DNA of 64,000 nt, taken from assembly GCA_965248355.1 (NCBI GenBank), contig OZ252098.1, forward strand, positions 3,744,001 to 3,808,000, in the 5' to 3' direction. The notes under the pieces are model-generated. The model was not told the origin of the DNA and did no database searches. It saw only the letters and a program-made list of their open reading frames with translations. A program made the position numbers and the translations under genes. Source of the stretch: Candidatus Latescibacterota bacterium (lineage in GTDB: Bacteria > Latescibacterota > UBA2968 > UBA8231). Below, piece by piece: positions 57,384 through 64,000 of this stretch. The stretch's first letter is position 1. Every line of letters begins with the position of its first letter.

Positions 57384-57593
57384 ATTTGCGTCGTGCATTG
57401 ACGGCAAACGGAAGATCCGCGGCTCCCGGTCGCACTCCATTCACCGGCGTCCGCCCACGACGCCTCTCCCCGGACGGTCTTCCGACCCGCCAGCGCCATC
57501 CGCTCGACAACAAAAGAGGAAACCGCCACCGAGCCGAGGCCGGAGGGTTGGCGGTTCCCGGCGCAACCGTATTCCTGAGACGAGAAGAGTTCC

Positions 57594-58637
57594 ATGGCAG
57601 AGATCCCGGTCGGCATCAACGGTTTTGGCCGGATCGGCAGGCTCGTCTTCCGCGCCGGCTGGAAGGCCGGCCTCGAGGTGCGCGGCATCAACGACCTGAC
57701 CGATGCCGCCACCCTGGCCCACCTTCTCAGGTACGACTCCACCCACGGCCGCTTCGACGGGGAGGTGACGGCCGACGGCGGCGACTTGGTCGTCGAGGGC
57801 AAGCGGATTCCGGTCTACGGCGAGCGCGATCCGGCGAACCTTCCGTGGGCGAAGGTGGGTGCGGAAATCATCGTCGAGGCGACGGGGTTGTTCACCCAGC
57901 GTTCGGCGGCCTCCGCTCACTTGTCCGCCGGGGCGCGGAAGGTGCTGATCTCGGCGCCGGCCAAGGAAGAGGACCTGACCGTCGTGCTGGGGGTGAACGA
58001 GGGAGCCCTGCGGCCCGGGCACACCATCGTTTCGAATGCGTCGTGCACGACGAACTGCCTGGCGCCCATGGCCAAGGTCCTGCACGAGAGCTTCGGCGTG
58101 GTGCAGGGGATGATGAACACCATCCACTCCTACACCAACGACCAGCGCATCCTCGATCTGCCGCACGAGGACCTGAGGCGGGCTCGCTCGGCGGCGATGA
58201 ACATGATCCCCACGACCACGGGTGCGGCGGCCGCGGTCGGCAAGGTCCTGCCCGATCTGCAAGGCAAGCTCGAGGGTCTGTCGATCCGGGTGCCGACGCC
58301 GGATGGGTCGCTCGTCGACTTCACCGCCGTGCTCTCGGCGGAGGTGACGCGAGAGCAGGTCAACGAGGCTTTCCGGAAGGCCGCCGCCGCCGATCTGAAA
58401 GGCATTCTGGAGTACTCGGAGGAGCCGCTGGTGCTGTCCGACATCATCGGCAACCCCGCCTCTTGTGTATTTGACGCCGGCTCGACGAACGTCGTCGGCG
58501 GTACCCTGGTGAAGGTGCTCGGGTGGTACGACAACGAGTGGGGCTACGCCAACCGTTGCGTGGATCTGATCCCCAGGCTGGCGGCCCTGATCCCGAACGG
58601 AGCCCGTTCACCTGGGCAGTTCGCAAGCGAGGAGTAG
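57594..58637 (+). CDS. gap: Glyceraldehyde-3-phosphate dehydrogenase type I
   Basis: GINGFGRIGR, SNASCTTNCLAP, WYDNEWGY. Confidence 0.97.
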   Translation: MAEIPVGINGFGRIGRLVFRAGWKAGLEVRGINDLTDAATLAHLLRYDSTHGRFDGEVTADGGDLVVEGKRIPVYGERDPANLPWAKVGAEIIVEATGLFTQRSAASAHLSAGARKVLISAPAKEEDLTVVLGVNEGALRPGHTIVSNASCTTNCLAPMAKVLHESFGVVQGMMNTIHSYTNDQRILDLPHEDLRRARSAAMNMIPTTTGAAAAVGKVLPDLQGKLEGLSIRVPTPDGSLVDFTAVLSAEVTREQVNEAFRKAAAADLKGILEYSEEPLVLSDIIGNPASCVFDAGSTNVVGGTLVKVLGWYDNEWGYANRCVDLIPRLAALIPNGARSPGQFASEE

Positions 58638-58640
58638 GCC

Positions 58641-59195
58641 ATGTTCGAAGACGTCTGGAAGCACTACGACGAGAACGAGCTCACCCATTCGGCGGCCCAT
58701 CACCTGATGTCGGTCCACGAGTTGCGCGAGATGCACGGATACGCCCGTGTCTCCGATATCGCCAAGCACCTGAAGATCACCAAAGGCAGCGTGTCCTCGG
58801 CGATGAAGCACCTCAAGGAGCGAGGCTACATCAAGGAGGACCACAACCGCTTTCTGGAGCTTACCGAGAAGGGGCTGCGCGTCGTCTGGGAAACGGAGGC
58901 CACGCGCCTGGTGGTGAAGAAGTTCCTCTCCGACGCCCTGGCCATGGACGAGGACGACGCCGAGATCGACGCCTGCAAGGTGGAGCACCTGATCAGTTCC
59001 GAGGCCCGGGGGCGCCTGGTGGGGTTCCTGCGGTTCCTGTTCTCCGAGGATCCCATCGCCACGGAGTTCCTCGCCGTCTTCCGCGGCGCCCTCTCCGCGC
59101 ACCACCTGGAGTGCAAGCGGGACGTGGCCAGCTGCCTGCTGTGCGACGAGGTCTGCTTCCTCCAGCCGGAGCCGTCGGTCCTGCGGGGCAACTGA
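58641..59195 (+). CDS. DtxR/MntR-family metal-dependent regulator with Cys-rich tail
   Basis: ARVSDIAK.L.I..GSVS...K.L, LTEKG, A..DAC.VEH.IS; tail CKRDVASCLLCDEVC. Confidence 0.85.
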   Translation: MFEDVWKHYDENELTHSAAHHLMSVHELREMHGYARVSDIAKHLKITKGSVSSAMKHLKERGYIKEDHNRFLELTEKGLRVVWETEATRLVVKKFLSDALAMDEDDAEIDACKVEHLISSEARGRLVGFLRFLFSEDPIATEFLAVFRGALSAHHLECKRDVASCLLCDEVCFLQPEPSVLRGN

Positions 59196-59256
59196 TGCCC
59201 TCCGCCCACCCCCGACGGCGGGCGGTTCCACCCGGCGGTCCCGTCAGCCTTCGCTC

Positions 59257-60228
59257 TTGACTCCTGTCGCGGGGTTCCTGCAGCGGCAGATGCTCCCGGT
59301 GGGCCTGGTGGTGGCCGCCATCTTCGGCCTCGCCTGGCCCGAGCCGGGCCGGGCCATGGGCGGGCTGCCGACCCAGTACGTGGCGGTGAGCGTCATCTTC
59401 GTCTGTTCCGGCCTGTTGCTGCGCACCGGCGAGATCCGCGCCGCTCTCAGCGCCTGGCCGGCCACCGCCTGGGGCTCCCTGTCCATCCTCTTCGTCACCC
59501 CCGCCATCGGCGCCCTGATCGCCTTCCGCACGCCGCTGGAGCCGGCCTACCAGATCGGCCTGGCCCTGTTCGTCTGCATGCCGACCACCCTCTCCTCGGG
59601 CATCGCTCTGACCAGCCAGGCCCGGGGGAACGTGGCCCTGGCCGTGCTGCTCACGGTGACCACGAATCTGGCCGGCGTGTTCACCATCCCCTTCGTGCTC
59701 GTCTACGTTCTCGGTGCCATGGGCCAGGTGGAGCTGTCGGCGACGGACCTGCTCGGCAAGCTGTGCCTCTCGATCCTGCTGCCTTTGGCCGCCGGCCGCG
59801 GGCTGCGCCGTCTCCTGGGATCGTGGGCTGACGCCAACCGGGCGCGCCTGACGGGTCTGAGCAACCTGGCCCTGATCAGCATCCCGTGGATGAAGTTCTC
59901 CGAGTCCTCGGAGCGCCTGGCGGCGGTGGCCCTGGCCGATCTTCTGACGCTCATCCTGGCAGGCCTCGTCATCCACGGCGTCTACCTGGCCCTCAACGAC
60001 GCCGGAACGCGCCTGCTGAGGTTCGACGCGCCGACGAGAAAGGCGGTGGTGCTCATGGCCAGCCAGAAGACCCTGCCCGTGGCTCTCACCGTCCTCGCCT
60101 TCATCCCCGACGAGGCCGTGTCCCCCGAAGTCAAGGGCCTGCTGGTCATCCCCTGCATCACTTCCCACCTCGGCCAGATCTTCGTCGATGCGGTGATCGC
60201 CACCCGGTGGGGCCGCCTGCGGGAGTGA
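59257..60228 (+). CDS. Bile acid:sodium symporter-like (SBF-like/SLC10A7) transporter
   Basis: IF..SGL.L, C.PTTLSSG..LT..A.GN, SQKTLP, H..Q.FVD. Confidence 0.85.
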   Translation: MTPVAGFLQRQMLPVGLVVAAIFGLAWPEPGRAMGGLPTQYVAVSVIFVCSGLLLRTGEIRAALSAWPATAWGSLSILFVTPAIGALIAFRTPLEPAYQIGLALFVCMPTTLSSGIALTSQARGNVALAVLLTVTTNLAGVFTIPFVLVYVLGAMGQVELSATDLLGKLCLSILLPLAAGRGLRRLLGSWADANRARLTGLSNLALISIPWMKFSESSERLAAVALADLLTLILAGLVIHGVYLALNDAGTRLLRFDAPTRKAVVLMASQKTLPVALTVLAFIPDEAVSPEVKGLLVIPCITSHLGQIFVDAVIATRWGRLRE

Positions 60229-60237
60229 CCTTCGGGC

Positions 60238-61068
60238 ATGCGCTTCAGGCGGCTCTCGAGCCGGTTCCCCTATCTCGGCCGGGTCCTGTTCCACGACGAG
60301 GACGAGCACGGTCCCATCGACGTGGTGGAGGAAGAAGACGGGGGGTTGCTCTCGCTGCAGTTCGGGAGCACGGCCCGGCAGAGCACGATGTTCGTGGACC
60401 GCCCCCATGAGCTGACGCTGGAGTACACGCGCTGCCTCATGTCGGCGCTGGTGCTGCGCGAGGCCCCGCCGAGGCGGGCCCTGATGCTGGGCCTGGGAGG
60501 CGGCTCCCTGGTGAAGTTCCTCCTGCGCCATCTCCCCGGGTGCCGGGTCGAGGTGGTGGAGCTGCGCCGGCGGATCGTGGAAGTGGCGCAGCGCTTCTTC
60601 GCCCTGCCCCGGGCGCACGACCGGCTGCATATCCACGTCACCGACGGCCGGCGCTTCCTCCTCGATCACTCCGGGGAGCCCTTCGACCTGGTCCTGCTGG
60701 ACCTGCACACCGGACAGGGCATGGCGCCGGTGGTCCAGGAGGATGACTTCCTCCCCGCCTGCCGCCGGGCCACGGCCGACGACGGCGTGTTCTCCGCGAA
60801 CATGTGGTACGGCTTTGAGAAGGGGCTGGAGCGCCGCGTCCACGGGCTCCTGCAGGCCTCCTTCGAGCGGATCCTCCACCTGCCGGTGCCCGGCCGCAGC
60901 AACTGTGTAGCCCATGGACTGCCAGACGGGCGGGTGCCCCCCACCGAAAGCATGGAGCACCGCGCCCGGGGCTGGCAGGAGGCGGCAGGCCTGCCCCTGC
61001 CAGAGCTGACCCGGCAGCTGATCCGCCACAACGGACTCCCCTCGAGCCGCGAGATGGGGAGAGAATGA
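60238..61068 (+). CDS. Spermidine-synthase-like SAM-dependent protein
   Basis: L.LEYTR, LMLGLGGGSL, VVEL, DGRRFL, DLVLLD. Confidence 0.8.
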   Translation: MRFRRLSSRFPYLGRVLFHDEDEHGPIDVVEEEDGGLLSLQFGSTARQSTMFVDRPHELTLEYTRCLMSALVLREAPPRRALMLGLGGGSLVKFLLRHLPGCRVEVVELRRRIVEVAQRFFALPRAHDRLHIHVTDGRRFLLDHSGEPFDLVLLDLHTGQGMAPVVQEDDFLPACRRATADDGVFSANMWYGFEKGLERRVHGLLQASFERILHLPVPGRSNCVAHGLPDGRVPPTESMEHRARGWQEAAGLPLPELTRQLIRHNGLPSSREMGRE

Positions 61069-63053
61069 AGTCCGGGAGCGGGAGGATCGAACGCGAACGG
61101 AAAGCAGCCCCCGGCCTGTGGATCCCGCCCCTTCTTCTCCTGCTTGCGGGGCCCGCCCCGGGCCTGCAGGTCGACGGCTTCAGCAGCGAGGCGGTTCAGG
61201 GGGCCGTGTTCGCGGCTGCCGAGGGGGACACCCTGCTCTTTCCGGCGGGAGAGTACGCCTTCACCGGGACGGTCGTGATCGACAGGAGCCTCACCCTCCT
61301 CGGAGCGGCCGGGCTCATGGACGTGGGCCTTGTCGAGCCGGGAGAGCCGAACGACCCGCCGTACTGGGACGGCGCAGCCTCCGTGTGCTTCACGGAAGAC
61401 CCCGACCTCCTGCTGTTCCGGGTGGAGAGCGGCGCCGTGACCTTGGAGAACCTGAAGCTCGTGGGAGCCATCACCCACGAGGCCGGCACCGGAGACGGCA
61501 TCGCCGTCCTGGGGCATGACCGACTCGAGGTCCGCAACTGCGAGATCACCCGCTTTCGCAAGGGTGTCGACTTCATGAACTCCCGCCGGAGCGTGGTGAC
61601 CGGGAGCTACCTGCACGAGAACTACCGCAATGGCTTCGGCTACGGGATCAGCATTACCGGGCCGGTGATGGCCACCGGCGGTTCCGAAGTGTCCATATAC
61701 CGCAACGAATTCACCTTCAATCGGCATTCCATCGCCTCCAACAGCCCGGAGACCCGCTTCACGGTGGAGAACAACTACTTCCACGACAACGACCTGGAGC
61801 AGTGGCAGGCGTGTGTCGATACCCATCCCCAGGGCGGCTACACCATTCGCGCCGTGGTGCGCGACAACATCTTCGAGCGGACCCGGCCCATGGCCTTCAA
61901 GAGCGGCAGCCTGGAGATCACGGGCAACTACTTCGATCCCGGCAGCGGGGACTACTCGGTGGGCGGTTACTCCCGCATGCTGGACTTCGGCGACCCCGCG
62001 CACAACGGGGAGTTCGTCCCCCAGGCCATCCTCCACGACATCTACATCGGCGACAACGTGAACGACACCGAGCCGTGGCGCCGATTGTTGTGGGTGGACG
62101 AATACGACTACGAGGGCGAGACGAAGTTCGTGGCCTACAACCTGTTCGTGGACGGCCGGCTCTTCCGGTTCAACAGCGCTCTGAGTTCCGCGCCTCACCA
62201 CCCCTTTCCAGGGGAGATCCCAAACCCCTTCGTCGGGCATGTGTACGTCACCCTGCCCGACTCGGAGGAGCGCGTCCACCGCATCGAGACCGGCCTCTGG
62301 TACGACGTGCACGCCCTGGCCGTCGACCCCCAGGGATGGGAGGACATCGCCGAGATCGGGGTGCAGATTGCCAGTACCCGCAGCCTCCCCTCCAACCCGG
62401 AGGACCGCATCGATCAAGAGGATTTCTCGGCCGCGGGGCGCTACTTCATCCGGGGCACCGAGGGCACCGTCCACTCGCGGGAGACCGAGGGCTCACCCGA
62501 CTGGAGCGATGTCACCGGAATCGAGGGATCCTACGTCGACGGCCCGGCGAGCAAATGGTCCGGCCGCGGCCGCCACCGTCTTCGTCTCAAGGCACGGTTC
62601 CGGCTGTCGGATCAGGCCGTCGGAGGAAACTGGCGGATCTTCGGCTACGCCCGCGACCAGGACGGCCATCTGCCGGTCCCGCCCTGGCACGAGTTGCTGG
62701 AGGGCTGGCCCCTCGAGGTGGAGGGCGCTGCCCACGGGCCTGCGACGTCGATCGCCGGCCCCGGATCCGGCCACGGGGCGGTGCCGCAGGAGGCCAGGCT
62801 CGACGGGATCTACCCCAATCCCTTCAATCCGGTGGCCACCATCCGCTTCACCCTCTCCGGGCCGCAGCAGGTCACCCTGTCGATCCACGCCCTCAACGGG
62901 CAACTGGCGGAGACTCTGTTCACCGGGCCCAGGAGCGCCGGCAGCCATTCCGTCCGATGGGACGCTTCCGCACGGGCCTCGGGGGTCTACCTGTGCCGGC
63001 TGGAGGGAGGGGGCCAAGTCTCCCAGGTGCGGAAGATGGTCCTGGTCAGGTGA
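61065..63053 (+). CDS. Secreted right-handed beta-helix protein with FlgD-Ig/T9SS-like C-terminal domain
   Basis: Signal peptide, Asn-ladder repeats (ENNYFHDN, RDNIF); CTD YPNPFNP...IRF.L...G..V.TL...WD...ASGVY...KMVLVR. Confidence 0.75.
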   Translation: MKSGSGRIERERKAAPGLWIPPLLLLLAGPAPGLQVDGFSSEAVQGAVFAAAEGDTLLFPAGEYAFTGTVVIDRSLTLLGAAGLMDVGLVEPGEPNDPPYWDGAASVCFTEDPDLLLFRVESGAVTLENLKLVGAITHEAGTGDGIAVLGHDRLEVRNCEITRFRKGVDFMNSRRSVVTGSYLHENYRNGFGYGISITGPVMATGGSEVSIYRNEFTFNRHSIASNSPETRFTVENNYFHDNDLEQWQACVDTHPQGGYTIRAVVRDNIFERTRPMAFKSGSLEITGNYFDPGSGDYSVGGYSRMLDFGDPAHNGEFVPQAILHDIYIGDNVNDTEPWRRLLWVDEYDYEGETKFVAYNLFVDGRLFRFNSALSSAPHHPFPGEIPNPFVGHVYVTLPDSEERVHRIETGLWYDVHALAVDPQGWEDIAEIGVQIASTRSLPSNPEDRIDQEDFSAAGRYFIRGTEGTVHSRETEGSPDWSDVTGIEGSYVDGPASKWSGRGRHRLRLKARFRLSDQAVGGNWRIFGYARDQDGHLPVPPWHELLEGWPLEVEGAAHGPATSIAGPGSGHGAVPQEARLDGIYPNPFNPVATIRFTLSGPQQVTLSIHALNGQLAETLFTGPRSAGSHSVRWDASARASGVYLCRLEGGGQVSQVRKMVLVR

Positions 63054-63067
63054 GCGGCGGGGGCCGC

Positions 63068-64000
63068 TCAGTCCTCGGCGATCTGGTCGCCGTTGCGCCC
63101 GTTTGACCCGGCGGGTCCCCCGCCGGCCACCTTCTTCAGCCGCACGGCGCAGACCTTGTACTCCGGGCAGCCCGTGAACTCGTCCTTGCCCTCGCCGGTG
63201 AGCAGGTTCGTCCTCGACTCGGGGAAGTGGAAGGTCATGAACACCGTGCCCCGGTTCGAGGCGCGCGTGACCTCGGCGCGCACGGTCACCGCCCCGCGGC
63301 GCGATTCCACCTCCACCAGGTCGCCGTTGCGCAGGTCGAGGCGCCGGGCGTCCCCGGGATGGATTCGCAGGGTCTCCTCGGTGGCCTTGTTCAGCTTCAC
63401 CAGGTCGGTGCGCCGCGTCATGGTGCCGACATTGTAGTGGAAGAGCTGCCGGCCCGTGGTCAGCATCCACGGGTAGTCGTCGTCGGGCAGCTCGGCGGGC
63501 GGCTGCCAGGGCGTGGCCGTGAGGCGCGCCTTGCCGCGCAGGAAGGCCCCGTCGCGGTGCACGATGTCGCTGCCCGGGTCGTCGGCGCCGACGCAGGGCC
63601 ACTGCAGGAACCCCTTCTCCTCCACTCGAGCGTAGCTGACGCCCCGCCACAGCGGGCTCAGGCTGGCCACCTCGTCCATCACCTTCGATGGATCGACGCG
63701 GCCATCGGCGTCGGTGAAGCCGAGGTCGATCCCCATGCGCCGGGCGATCGCGTGCACGATCTCGCCGTCGACGCGCACCCCCTCCAGCGGCTCGATGGCG
63801 GGGCGCACGCGCTGGATGCGGCGGTCGGAGTTGACGAAGGTGCCCGACTTCTCGAGGAAGGTCGTGCCCGGCAGCACCACGTGGGCCAGCTCGGCGGTGG
63901 GGGTCATGAAGATCTCCTGCACCACCAGGAAGTCGAGACTTTCCAGGGCCCCCACCACGTGAGTCGTGTCGGGGTCGGACTGGGCCACGTCCTCGGCGAG
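63068..64000 (-). CDS. fdhF: Formate dehydrogenase alpha subunit (molybdopterin), 5' part outside the window
   Basis: VVQEIF.T.TA..A.VVLP, EKSGTFVN.DRR.Q, LTTGR...HYN.GTMTRR, PEYKVCAV. Confidence 0.85.
   Translation of the reverse strand, partial: LAEDVAQSDPDTTHVVGALESLDFLVVQEIFMTPTAELAHVVLPGTTFLEKSGTFVNSDRRIQRVRPAIEPLEGVRVDGEIVHAIARRMGIDLGFTDADGRVDPSKVMDEVASLSPLWRGVSYARVEEKGFLQWPCVGADDPGSDIVHRDGAFLRGKARLTATPWQPPAELPDDDYPWMLTTGRQLFHYNVGTMTRRTDLVKLNKATEETLRIHPGDARRLDLRNGDLVEVESRRGAVTVRAEVTRASNRGTVFMTFHFPESRTNLLTGEGKDEFTGCPEYKVCAVRLKKVAGGGPAGSNGRNGDQIAED

Noticed and set aside
57410..57490. GGAAGATC...TCTTCCG resembling the tRNA-Sec acceptor stem
   Set aside because: No TTCAAA anticodon loop, T-loop or CCA.

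Overview
High-GC bacterial chromosome window centred on the replication origin. Left arm (- strand): dnaA-[oriC]-dnaN-recF-dciA-gyrB-gyrA, then a tRNA-Ser/Ser/Gln cluster and a partial sugar ABC permease. Right arm (+ strand): rpmH-rnpA-yidD-yidC-mnmE-[2 parS]-rsmG-[second DnaA-box cluster]-pgsA-like-tmk-ctpA-rne/rng-rplU-rpmA-frdABCD-sucCD. A long - strand block follows: large TPR protein, sigma54 activator, DegP, M24 peptidase, a variant cytochrome c maturation (ccm) operon, two tandem DUF151-UVR genes, a lipoprotein, two glycosyltransferases and a dihaem cytochrome c. Then ispE-tRNA-Gln-rplY-pth-hppA-rpsF-DUF2232-rplI, a small frameshifted patch (TolB/LRR relic), Ldh_2 and PhyH genes, gap-DtxR-like-SBF transporter-methyltransferase, a secreted beta-helix protein with a YPNPFNP C-terminal domain, and the 3' part of fdhF. 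The features suggest an FCB-group organism, possibly Latescibacterota-like and host-associated; this is inference only. No CRISPR array, prophage or transposase was seen. Most of the window is housekeeping. The best candidates for undescribed biology are the Cys-CcmE/CcmF-CcmH ccm variant with two accessory proteins, the tandem DUF151-UVR operon with a CIRCE-like operator, a Cys4-tailed DtxR regulator behind a structured gap leader, a second DnaA-box cluster, and two unexplained promoter motifs. All calls come from reading motifs by eye, with no database searches.
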